NCBI GenBank assembly: GCA_045632285.1
Contig: JAZQWJ010000037.1
Coordinates: forward strand, 22,251 to 86,250
Reading direction: 5' to 3'
Length of the DNA: 64,000 nt
Source of the DNA: Eubacteriales bacterium
GTDB taxonomy: Bacteria; Bacillota; Clostridia; Oscillospirales; CAG-272
The translations under genes were made by a program, and so were the position numbers. The notes beneath the pieces were generated by a model that saw nothing but the letters and a program-made list of their open reading frames with translations, did no database searches and had not been told where the DNA came from. Below, piece by piece: positions 54,193 to 62,979 of this stretch; within the stretch, counting starts at the first letter, position 1; every line of letters starts with the position of its first letter.

Positions 54193-54813
54193 TCAGTTAT
54201 CCTCCTTTTCTTCGTTCTCGTCAAGATGGTGATGCAGACCCGTGATCTTGTTGATCACAGCCATCACGATAGCCAACACCAGATAACCGCCAAAGGCACC
54301 TGCAAGAGCAGAGATCTTGTAATCCTGCAGGAACTCGATCTTCATACCCCAGAAGGAAGCGTTGCCCAGCACCTCGCGGATCAGGGCGCAAACCACCATC
54401 ACAACGGTAAAGAACGCACCGGTCACAAGAGAGGTCATAATGGTGGTGATCTCACCGTTGCAATCGGCGACCTCCTCGCAGTCGCGGTAGAGCACTGCAC
54501 TGACCGCAAGGGTTGCCAGGTGCACGCCAAGCATATCCACCACAATGGGGAACCAAGCCTGCATCAGCATAGAGATCAAGGAAACGAAGCCGGTGATGAT
54601 CATCAGATATACGGGGGTCTTTGCATAAGCGGGAATGACCTTGTGCAGTGCAGAGATCACAACAGCGCTCAGCAGCATCGAAAGGATGACGGCGGCACCC
54701 ATACCGAGTGCTGCGCGGATGTCGGCGCTGGAGGCCATTACAAAGCCTGCACCCAGCACCAGCAGAATCGAGGGCGTACCTCTGAGGAGATACGAAATCT
54801 TGGTCGTTTTCAT
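54193..54813 (-). CDS. rnfE: Rnf complex subunit E
   Basis: 206 aa, RnfE/NqrD-type membrane protein. Position between rnfG and rnfA. Confidence 0.85.
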   Translation of the reverse strand: MKTTKISYLLRGTPSILLVLGAGFVMASSADIRAALGMGAAVILSMLLSAVVISALHKVIPAYAKTPVYLMIITGFVSLISMLMQAWFPIVVDMLGVHLATLAVSAVLYRDCEEVADCNGEITTIMTSLVTGAFFTVVMVVCALIREVLGNASFWGMKIEFLQDYKISALAGAFGGYLVLAIVMAVINKITGLHHHLDENEEKEDN

Positions 54814-56105
54814 TACTGTTCTCCTCCCTTGTTGATCGTTTTAAATGCCGCAAAGGCATCGGTGGTGGACTGCTTGATCGCATTGGAGGACATGGTAGCG
54901 CCTGCGATCACAGGTGTATCACTACCCTGCGTGATGCCAACGAAGCTTTCAAGATAATTGCCGGGAACGCCTGCAAATCCACCGTATTCCTCAAACTCGT
55001 GCTCTTCAAACACAAACTCGGTCATCGTGGTCTTGGCAATAGCGCCGTTCTCGTCAATGATCACAAAGATGTTCATAATGCGAGAATCCCAGCCGATGCT
55101 TCTGGAGTAGAAGCCATAGTAGGTGGTACCCTCCACCGTAAAGGAGGCTGCAACGGCAACAGTATTAAAGCTTTCAAGCTCAAGCAGCGTGATGTCGGCT
55201 GCACCGCTCATCATTTCTGCAAGCTTGGTGCTCAGCTTATCGCCAAAGGCGGTCTGCTTGCCGGCAGCGTGTGCCTTGGCCTCGGTGGCCAGTGCTGCGT
55301 GATCGGCAGTGACGTCAGCACCCTCAACGTTATAGATCTTGCAAACGCCCATAGCATTTACAACCGCAAGATAGGACGCCTCGCCCTCGGTCATGATATA
55401 GGCAAAGCCGACCTCGTTCTCAGCCTTCAGTGCCTTTTGGATGTTGCCGGAGACTTCAACCTCTGCAAGCTTGCCATAGCCGGTGGTAACGGCAGGGATC
55501 AGCTCCTCCAGGATCTGTGCATCGCTCTTAACACCTGCGGTGACAAGATTGTTACGGATCAGCACGTCAAATGCGTGTGCAACAGCAGAACGGAAGGCGG
55601 TAGAGGAATGCGTGCTTCCGCTGACGGTCTCTACGCCTGCCAAAGCGGAATCCTTACCAACAAAGGTAGCGGGATAGTTGGGATCCTTGTTGAAGATATT
55701 GTAGCTGTCAGTATCGTGATAAGCCTCGTTGTTGACCTTGATGATCTTGCCGTCGGTGGAGATACCCACAAGAACACGGTTGGGCTCGTTACCGTGGCTA
55801 TCCTCGCTGGTCCAATCAACCTCAACAACGTAGCCAAGGCCGCCCTGCTCCTTGTGAACAGCAACGATCTTTGCCGTTCTCTTGGCGTTTTCAATGCTGA
55901 CAAGCTGCTCGGGCAGCGTCAAGGTATCGGTAATATTCTCATAGCTCTTATTGCCGTCGGGCATAACGGCATCCAAACGCTCGTTAGCAGCACCGGCACT
56001 GTTTGCCTCGATCAGAGGACCGGTGTAAAGGTTCAAAGCGAACATCGCACCACTGAAAACGGCAACGACGATCAAAAGCATGCCAAATGTCTTTAAAACC
56101 TTCAT
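54813..56105 (-). CDS. rnfG: Rnf complex subunit G, double-length with two FMN_bind-type domains
   Basis: 430 aa with an N-terminal TM. Two flavinylation-type motifs, ETVSGSTHSS (T165) and VIAGATMSS (T404). Confidence 0.8.
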   Translation of the reverse strand: MKVLKTFGMLLIVVAVFSGAMFALNLYTGPLIEANSAGAANERLDAVMPDGNKSYENITDTLTLPEQLVSIENAKRTAKIVAVHKEQGGLGYVVEVDWTSEDSHGNEPNRVLVGISTDGKIIKVNNEAYHDTDSYNIFNKDPNYPATFVGKDSALAGVETVSGSTHSSTAFRSAVAHAFDVLIRNNLVTAGVKSDAQILEELIPAVTTGYGKLAEVEVSGNIQKALKAENEVGFAYIMTEGEASYLAVVNAMGVCKIYNVEGADVTADHAALATEAKAHAAGKQTAFGDKLSTKLAEMMSGAADITLLELESFNTVAVAASFTVEGTTYYGFYSRSIGWDSRIMNIFVIIDENGAIAKTTMTEFVFEEHEFEEYGGFAGVPGNYLESFVGITQGSDTPVIAGATMSSNAIKQSTTDAFAAFKTINKGGEQ

Positions 56106-57049
56106 TACTTAACACCTCCCAGCGTTTTCTTCTTGGTGAAGTCATTGATGAAGGGGGTTACAAGGTTCATCGTCAGGATTGCGATGGACACGCCTTCGGG
56201 ATAAGAAGCGAACTGTCTGATCAGGAAGGTCAGAAGGCCCGCACCAATGCCAAACACCACGCGGCCCTTGTTGGTGGTGGGCGTGGTCACGTAGTCGGTA
56301 GCCATAAAGATGGCGCCCAGCAGCAGACCGCCTGCCAGCACGTGCTGAAGCGAGAAGACAAAGTCAAAGCCGCAGAACAGGAAGTAGCAGACAAAGGTGG
56401 TTGCGATAAAGGAAACGGGTACGTACCACTTGATCACCTTGCGGACTACAAGGTAAATGCCGCCGATGAGCAGTGCAAGCGCACAGGTCTCACCAATAGC
56501 ACCGCCGTGCAGACCCAGGAACAGATCCAGAACAGAGGGAGCAGTCTTAGCGGCAACCTCTGCACCCTGATTAAGGGCAGCAAGAGGGGTGGCAGTTGCG
56601 GTCAGATCCACCACAGTGGGCAGAGCAACGGCACCGACAGCGCCAAAGGTCAACAGCATAAACACACGCGCAGTAATAGCAGGGTTTACAATGTTTTTAC
56701 CAAGACCGCCAAACAGGCACTTGACAACAACAATGGCAAAAACAGAGCCGAGTGCGCACTGCCAAAGCGGAACAGCGGTGCTGAGGTTCAGCGCCAGCAA
56801 AAGGCCGGTCACAACGGCGGAAAGATCGCCAACGGTCTGCTTTTTGTGTACGCAAAGGTTAAACAAATACTCGGCGGCAACAGCACTTGCCACGCAGACA
56901 AGCACCGTCCAAAGGGCATTGATGCCAAAGATCACGATGCCTGCCACGGTCGCGGGCAGCATAGCGATCACCACGTCAAGCATAATGTTGCGTGTAGAGG
57001 AGCCCTTCTGGTGAATATGAGGGGTGGAGGAGATGTGCAGAGAACCCAT
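56105..57049 (-). CDS. rnfD: Rnf complex subunit D
   Basis: 314 aa polytopic protein. RnfD/NqrB pattern, including the C-terminal region FMATDYVTTP. Confidence 0.88.
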   Translation of the reverse strand: MGSLHISSTPHIHQKGSSTRNIMLDVVIAMLPATVAGIVIFGINALWTVLVCVASAVAAEYLFNLCVHKKQTVGDLSAVVTGLLLALNLSTAVPLWQCALGSVFAIVVVKCLFGGLGKNIVNPAITARVFMLLTFGAVGAVALPTVVDLTATATPLAALNQGAEVAAKTAPSVLDLFLGLHGGAIGETCALALLIGGIYLVVRKVIKWYVPVSFIATTFVCYFLFCGFDFVFSLQHVLAGGLLLGAIFMATDYVTTPTTNKGRVVFGIGAGLLTFLIRQFASYPEGVSIAILTMNLVTPFINDFTKKKTLGGVK

Positions 57050-58404
57050 TATTTGTTACCTCCTTCTTTTTCTTTTTGTGCAGCGGCATACTGCTTGAGG
57101 AACGCCTTAGCTGCCCAGTTGTTCTGCAGCAAGGGGCGGTTTGCGGGGCAAACGTAAGAGCAGCAAGCACAGTCTACGCACTGGCGAACGCCGGACTCGA
57201 TCAGGCGCTTAGCCTTCAGATCATCGTTCTTTACTCTCATAGCGCGGCCAACCTCGGCAACGGAAATGCCCACAGGGCACTTTTCCATGCAACGGCCACA
57301 GTTGATGCACGCAGAGGGCTCGGGCAGAACGGCGCTTTTCTCATCAAACACCAGCACGGCGTTGGAGACCTTAACGATAGGATCGTCCACAGAGTAGATC
57401 GCAGTACCGTTCATAGGACCGCCAACGATCACCTTGCCGGGCTCAGCCTTGAGGCCGGTGATCTTCAGCAGCTCGCTGATACGCGTGCCAATGGGGGCGA
57501 TCAGGTTCATGGGCTTGTCCACAGCGGGGCCGTCTACGGTCACGATACGCTCTACCAAGGGCATACCCGTATTGAGGTATTCGGCCATCTTGGCAAGAGA
57601 GGAGACGTTGATGATCAATGCGCCAAAGGAGGGGAAGCGCTTACCTGCAACGGCAACACGACCCGTAGCATTGTAAAGCATGACCTGCTTTGCACCCTGA
57701 GGATAAATGGTCTTAAGCTCGTGGATCACCACGTAATCCTTACCCTCAAAGGTCTTTTTCAGCACCTCGATGGCATCGGCCTTATTGGTCTCGATGCAGA
57801 TCTTGAACACAGCATCACCAAGGTACTCGCTCATATACTTGCGGAGATACTCGATACCGTCTGCGATCAACTCGGGATGTGCCAGCATCATACGGTGGTC
57901 ACTGGTGATATAAGGCTCACATTCTGCAGCGTTGATCAGAACGGTGTCCACCTTATAGTCGGGGTTCTTGGCCTCGTTAAACTTTGCCCAAGTGGGGAAA
58001 GCCGCACCGCCAAGACCAACGATACCGCCATCGCGCACAGCCTGCAAAAAGCTGTCACAATCCGTGATCACGGGGGGCGTTACCGTTTCTGCGGGCTCCA
58101 TTTTGCCATCGCTTTCAATGCGGATGGCCACGGTCTCCTTGCCGCTTGCGGTAGGCATGGGAGCGATCTCTACGACCGTACCCGAAACCGTTGCGTGTAC
58201 AGGGGAGGAGAATCTTCCCTCCTCTCTTGCAATCAGCTGGCCGACCTTAACGTGGTCGCCAACGCTGACGATAGGCTCGGCATCGTGACCCGAATGCATA
58301 TTCATCGGCAAAATGACCTCTGCCGGTGTTTCAATGCGAACAGGGACACATTCTGCCGTGTGCTTGTTGTGGGGCACATGCAAAGATGAAATATCCTTTT
58401 TCAA
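57049..58404 (-). CDS. rnfC: Rnf complex subunit C
   Basis: TTG start at 58404, after AGGAGG. GLGGAAFPT, and two 4Fe-4S motifs CINCGRCMEKCP and CVDCACCSYVCP. Confidence 0.88.
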   Translation of the reverse strand: MKKDISSLHVPHNKHTAECVPVRIETPAEVILPMNMHSGHDAEPIVSVGDHVKVGQLIAREEGRFSSPVHATVSGTVVEIAPMPTASGKETVAIRIESDGKMEPAETVTPPVITDCDSFLQAVRDGGIVGLGGAAFPTWAKFNEAKNPDYKVDTVLINAAECEPYITSDHRMMLAHPELIADGIEYLRKYMSEYLGDAVFKICIETNKADAIEVLKKTFEGKDYVVIHELKTIYPQGAKQVMLYNATGRVAVAGKRFPSFGALIINVSSLAKMAEYLNTGMPLVERIVTVDGPAVDKPMNLIAPIGTRISELLKITGLKAEPGKVIVGGPMNGTAIYSVDDPIVKVSNAVLVFDEKSAVLPEPSACINCGRCMEKCPVGISVAEVGRAMRVKNDDLKAKRLIESGVRQCVDCACCSYVCPANRPLLQNNWAAKAFLKQYAAAQKEKEGGNK

Positions 58405-58463
58405 AACCGTTTTCCTCCTGTCTGGTTTTTATATTTTCAATAATTGCTTTCAAAATCAATCGG

Positions 58464-59516
58464 TTACTGCATGATCAACGCAGAAAATCCGGGGGTGTGA
58501 TACTGCGTTCCATCCGGTGTGATCCAAAGGACCTCTACACCGCTTAGCTGACTGACAAGTGCAAGCCCTTCCTCATAGCTCATCGTAAACAGAGCCGTGG
58601 ACAGTGCATCCGCAAATCCGCTGTTTTCGGTAATGATCGTCACAGAACTGAAATAGGTCGAGGGCATCAGCGTATCCTTATCAATGACGTGATGATACTT
58701 GACACCGTCAACGTAGAAATATCTTTCATAATCGCCTGACGTCACGCAGGACGTATCGGCAAGGGTGATGCGCATAGCGTATTGCGAGGTGTCGGCCGGA
58801 TCCTTGATGCCGGTTCCCCAACCGGAGCCATCGGGCTTGTGCCCAACAATGCGGATATTACCGCCAATGTTTAACACATAGCTGCTGATGCCCTTGTCGC
58901 GCAGATACGCTGCTGCTTTTTCGGTGGCATAGCCCTTTCCAAGCGCACCAACGTCAATGCGGGCGCCGGGATCGGTGATTCGAACAGTTTGGTTTTCTTG
59001 GTCGATCTCAAGCAAAGAGATATCTGTGTGAAGCGCGGCCTCATCAAGTTCCTCGCGCGCGGGCACGCGCGCGCTTGAAGCGTTGCCGCTTGCCTCCTCA
59101 CGGCAATCGTGCCAAAGCGAGAGTACAGCACCCATCATCACGTTCATTTCACCGTTCGTGATCTCGTGCAGCTCTTTGGCATAAAGCAGAAAGTCGATCA
59201 ATTTTTGGTCGACCTTAATGGGGGCTCCTCCGGCATTGAGGTTGATCGTTTTAAGATTGTTGATGCCGGAATGCTCATAATAAACGTCAAAAAGGCTGTG
59301 ATATTCCTCCAAGATCGCGGCTATCGCTTCACAGTTTGCGTCAAAATCCTCTTGAGAATCCCCCGCGTAGCTGTAAATATAGGATACCGTGTCAAAAAAA
59401 GTGAAATATGCCTTGCCTTTTGGCTCCTCCTTATGAGCAGAATTAGGGCAGCCCGTCAAAACGACGAGCAGCCCCAAAACTGCGCAAAGGCAGGTGAGAG
59501 ATTTGAAAAGTTTCAA
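58464..59516 (-). CDS. apbE: FAD:protein FMN transferase (ApbE family) lipoprotein
   Basis: TTG start at 59516, after AAGGGAG. Lipobox LVVLTGC. ApbE motifs DVGALGKGYA, LNIGGNI, VTSGDYERYF. Confidence 0.85.
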   Translation of the reverse strand: MKLFKSLTCLCAVLGLLVVLTGCPNSAHKEEPKGKAYFTFFDTVSYIYSYAGDSQEDFDANCEAIAAILEEYHSLFDVYYEHSGINNLKTINLNAGGAPIKVDQKLIDFLLYAKELHEITNGEMNVMMGAVLSLWHDCREEASGNASSARVPAREELDEAALHTDISLLEIDQENQTVRITDPGARIDVGALGKGYATEKAAAYLRDKGISSYVLNIGGNIRIVGHKPDGSGWGTGIKDPADTSQYAMRITLADTSCVTSGDYERYFYVDGVKYHHVIDKDTLMPSTYFSSVTIITENSGFADALSTALFTMSYEEGLALVSQLSGVEVLWITPDGTQYHTPGFSALIMQ

Positions 59517-59543
59517 ATTTCTACTCCCTTGCTTTGTATAAAA

Positions 59544-60611
59544 TTAGCGAGCGTTGGTAGCGGACTGAGCAACAACTGCGCAGATACCGGTGATCTGCAT
59601 GGTGCAGCCGGCGTCAAGCAGAGCCTGCTCGGTAGAGATGTGGTGCTCGTTAACAACCTTGGTCTGCATACCGGCGATCTCAGCAGCGGTCTTGCCAACC
59701 ACGTACTTGGAGAAGGCCTCGGACTGGATATACCACTCCTTAACAGTGCCGCCCTCAACGTTGGGCTTGCCAAACTTAGCCATGTTGTAAGCTTCCTTCA
59801 GCTCACGCTTGGTGTCTACAAAGGTCTTGCCGGTGATCTCGCCTGCAGCGTTTGCATTGATCTTGGGCTGGATAGCGTCGTTCAGAGTAGCAACGACCTT
59901 GCCGTCAACAACAACGGAGGCAGCGAAATCGGAGTACATAGCAACGAGAGCATCCTTAGCCTCATTAGCCTCGGTCTCAGCATTGTCAGCAACAACTGCG
60001 GTGGAATCTGCAGCGGTGGTCTTAGCAGCTACGCCAAGGGTAAAGGTGCCGGCAACAGCCTTAAAGCTCATACCCTGAGTATCGTTGCAAGCCTTAACCA
60101 CGGCATCCTTGAACTCGGTGATCTGCATGGTGCAGCCGGCGTTCAGAAGAGCCTCGTCAACGGGAATGTTGTGCTCGTTAACGACCTTGGTCTCGATAGC
60201 CTTGACCTCGTCAGCGGTCTTGCCGACAACGTACTCTTCGAAGGCCTTGGTCTGAACGTACCATTCCTTAACGGTGCCGCCCTCAACGTTGGGCTTGCCG
60301 AACTTAGCCATATTGTAGTCATCGCCAAGCTCCATCTTGGTCTTGAAGGTCTTTGCAGCCTCGGTTGCGAAGTCCTTGGTCAGATCGAACTTGCTCTGAG
60401 CAACGTCGATACGGCAAAGAACGATCTTGCCCTCAGCGTCGGTCACAACAGTAGCAACGGTTGCGTCAACCTGAGCGAGGCCGGTCTTGGAGCTCTCCAT
60501 GCTAACAACAACGCCCATACCAAGCTTGTAGTCAGCCTCGGAAGCGCCACAGGAAACGAGAACGGTCAGCAGCGTGCAAATGCACAGAACGATTGCGAAA
60601 AGTTTTTTCAT
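59544..60611 (-). CDS. Lipoprotein made of two tandem ~176-aa modules; first gene of the apbE-rnf operon; function unknown
   Basis: Start trimmed to ATG 60611 (MKKLFAIVLCICTLLTVLVSCG lipobox). Internal duplication: YNMAKFGKPNVEGGTVKEWY and AGCTMQIT each occur twice. The DNA string GGTGATCTGCATGGTGCAGCCGGCGT occurs at 59589 and 60117, a 528-bp spacing. Confidence 0.75.
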   Translation of the reverse strand: MKKLFAIVLCICTLLTVLVSCGASEADYKLGMGVVVSMESSKTGLAQVDATVATVVTDAEGKIVLCRIDVAQSKFDLTKDFATEAAKTFKTKMELGDDYNMAKFGKPNVEGGTVKEWYVQTKAFEEYVVGKTADEVKAIETKVVNEHNIPVDEALLNAGCTMQITEFKDAVVKACNDTQGMSFKAVAGTFTLGVAAKTTAADSTAVVADNAETEANEAKDALVAMYSDFAASVVVDGKVVATLNDAIQPKINANAAGEITGKTFVDTKRELKEAYNMAKFGKPNVEGGTVKEWYIQSEAFSKYVVGKTAAEIAGMQTKVVNEHHISTEQALLDAGCTMQITGICAVVAQSATNAR

Positions 60612-60735
60612 AATCCTTTTCCTTCCTTTAATGTCTTGATATGCGTTACGGTCATATGCTTTTTTGCGCACAAAAAAGCGGTTACTCGCCTTGTTCGCAC
60701 CTTAAACACACGTATCGTATCCGCATTCGTCACCA

Positions 60736-60764
60736 ATTATACTATAAACGGTTGGGTTTGTCAA
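60736..60764 (-). promoter_or_regulatory. Consensus SigA-type promoter of the lipoprotein-apbE-rnf operon
   Basis: Minus strand reads TTGACA, 17 nt, then TATAAT. The leader of ~120 nt contains the hairpin GCTTTTTTG-TGCG-CAAAAAAGC. Confidence 0.6.
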
Positions 60765-60885
60765 TGCTTTTTTTGATTTTGTCAAAATTTTCACACATTT
60801 CTTCAAAAAGCATCTTTTTCCTGCTGCTTTTTAGTGACAACTGCCATTTTCTGCGCGCGGGCGCGCTCGTATGCTGTACGCGGGG

Positions 60886-62163
60886 TCAAATATCGGTAAA
60901 GATCTCGGCATCCTCGCTGTTGTGATGATGCTCGCGCTGCTTGAATTCGTCGTTGCGCAGCACCCAGTTGCACTCGTAGCCTTTCTGGTAGCCCAGCATA
61001 CGGGCATCGGTGTGAAAACGCCAAGCATCGATGGGCCACAGACAGATATCGGGGTCAATGACCCTGTTCAGATCGGTGGTGCCGCCGTTGGCGCCGTGGT
61101 GGGTGGGCTGGAGAATATCGCTTTGCAGATACTTGCCGTATTTATAGCAAAGCTGATGGCAAATGTCGCTTTCGCAATCGCCAAGCACCATAAAGGTCTT
61201 GCCCTTAAATTTAAAGCGGAAGGCCGAGCTGGTGTGGTTGCCCCACGCATAAGACTTGGGGAAATAATCCTCGTGGGTGTGCAGCACCTCTACCTCGCAA
61301 CCGGGAAAGCTCATCCGCTGACCGGTATGCACGTCCCAATGGGTGGCACCCACCAGTTCAAAGCCCTTGACGATGTGCTGAAGGGTGACGTGCAGGATCT
61401 CGCTGGGCTCGTTTTTGATGGGATGCTTTAAGGGATCGGGCAGATTATACGCGGCAATACGCACCTCCACCTTATCCTTGTATTTGCGCAAAAAGTCGCC
61501 TGCAAGGTCGGTGTGGTCACTGTGACCGTGGGTAATGAACCAAGCGGAGATCACAGGCTTTTGCCCCTCGGGAGTGCGCTCGCAAAGCAAGCGATAGAGC
61601 TTGTCGCAATCGTTTTCCTCGGTGGGAACAGAATCCACCCACTCGCCGTCAACAAACGCCTTGGTAAAGTGCTGCTCGCGCTGGCGAGGGCCGCCGTCCA
61701 ACAAAATAAAGCTGCCGTCGGACAAGGTGATGATGTACGCCATACCGGGCGCACCGGTGGCGGGTTGGCTGTTGTAAACGCCATTTCTGGCATACTGCAA
61801 CACAGAGGTGCGATGCTCGCCGCTTGCAAACACGGCTTCATCCACCACAGGCAAAAAACCCTTTTTGCCCCACACGATGCGAGCGCAACCGCGAATGGGA
61901 TAATACATCAGATGCACGGCATATTCCGCGCCGTCATCGACCGTGATCAAAAAGGTGTAAAAGTGATTTCCTTCCACCTCCCTTTTGCTGTAAAGCTTGG
62001 CGTTTGTCGCAGAAATCGAGGATACGTATGCCAAAAATTCTGCCAATGTGGTGGCCACGATCGCAACGGCGGTGTTGCCTGCCTCGCAATCGTAGGGTGC
62101 GGAGATCTCACCGATCCTTGCGCTGTAAGCGGGCAGAAATTCACAAATATCATAGGTCTTCAT
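60886..62163 (-). CDS. MBL-fold metallo-hydrolase with an N-terminal extra domain
   Basis: 425 aa. HxHxDH motif ITHGHSDH, plus downstream His/Asp ligand candidates (LGDCESD, PTHHG). Confidence 0.7.
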   Translation of the reverse strand: MKTYDICEFLPAYSARIGEISAPYDCEAGNTAVAIVATTLAEFLAYVSSISATNAKLYSKREVEGNHFYTFLITVDDGAEYAVHLMYYPIRGCARIVWGKKGFLPVVDEAVFASGEHRTSVLQYARNGVYNSQPATGAPGMAYIITLSDGSFILLDGGPRQREQHFTKAFVDGEWVDSVPTEENDCDKLYRLLCERTPEGQKPVISAWFITHGHSDHTDLAGDFLRKYKDKVEVRIAAYNLPDPLKHPIKNEPSEILHVTLQHIVKGFELVGATHWDVHTGQRMSFPGCEVEVLHTHEDYFPKSYAWGNHTSSAFRFKFKGKTFMVLGDCESDICHQLCYKYGKYLQSDILQPTHHGANGGTTDLNRVIDPDICLWPIDAWRFHTDARMLGYQKGYECNWVLRNDEFKQREHHHNSEDAEIFTDI

Positions 62164-62164
62164 A

Positions 62165-62965
62165 TTAGTCTCTTACCCCCAATTTCTTTAAGATCTCAAC
62201 GGCCTTTGCAGGGTCGTCACTGGTAAACATCTTGCAGCCAAGCTCAATGGCCTTTTTGTAATGTGCGGGATCATCGGGCACCAGAATGCAGGTGGGCAGA
62301 CCGCGGCGGGCGGCATATTCATAGTCGGCCGCAAAGCCCGACAGGTGCTCCGCATCCTTGCGCCAGATGGCGATCCAGTCGCTAAAGCTATCCAGCGGTT
62401 TTTTAGATACATCAAACTTGATGTAATCGGGATAGCTGTGGATCTGGAACTTGCCGGGCCACTTGTCGTTTACGTATTCCAGCAGCTTTTGCGAGAAAGA
62501 ATTGATCAGACTGCGCTCGGCCACGCCATAGCGGTCGATCAGTTCCACCAGCTTATCCACGCATTCATAGGCGCGCTCGCCGTGATCGCGGGGGTATTCC
62601 TTCAGCTCCCAGTTGATGATGATATTGGTGGGGGCGATCAGCTCCAAAAACTCCTCCACGGTGGGGATGCGCTCACCCACGTGCTCGGGGCCCTTCCAAA
62701 AGCCCGCGTCAAGGGCGCGCAGCTCCTCAAGGGTCATCAGATCGACACTGCCCTCACCGTTGGTGGTGCGGGTCACGCTGCGATCGTGGATCAGCACCAA
62801 ATGGCCGTCCTTGGTCATACGCACGTCGGTCTCAATAGCATCCAACCCCAGCTCCACGCAGGCGCGGAAGGCCGACATGGTGTTTTCGGGGAAATGCTTA
62901 CGGTCACCGCGATGGCTGCCAAGCAAAATGCGGCTACCGTCCATAAATCTGTTATACGTTCTCAT
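62165..62965 (-). CDS. Glycerophosphodiester phosphodiesterase (GDPD family), cytoplasmic
   Basis: Start trimmed to ATG 62965 (MRTYNRFMDG), after TGGAGGA. LGSHRGDRKHFPENT, IETDVRMTKDGHLVLIHD. Confidence 0.8.
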   Translation of the reverse strand: MRTYNRFMDGSRILLGSHRGDRKHFPENTMSAFRACVELGLDAIETDVRMTKDGHLVLIHDRSVTRTTNGEGSVDLMTLEELRALDAGFWKGPEHVGERIPTVEEFLELIAPTNIIINWELKEYPRDHGERAYECVDKLVELIDRYGVAERSLINSFSQKLLEYVNDKWPGKFQIHSYPDYIKFDVSKKPLDSFSDWIAIWRKDAEHLSGFAADYEYAARRGLPTCILVPDDPAHYKKAIELGCKMFTSDDPAKAVEILKKLGVRD

Positions 62966-62979
62966 AAATTCCTCCAAAT

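Noticed and set aside
60612-60735. The ~120-nt leader of the lipoprotein-apbE-rnf operon considered as an FMN or other riboswitch.
   Set aside because: It contains only a short AT-rich hairpin. I could not find any of the conserved FMN-riboswitch segments I know, or other riboswitch cores.
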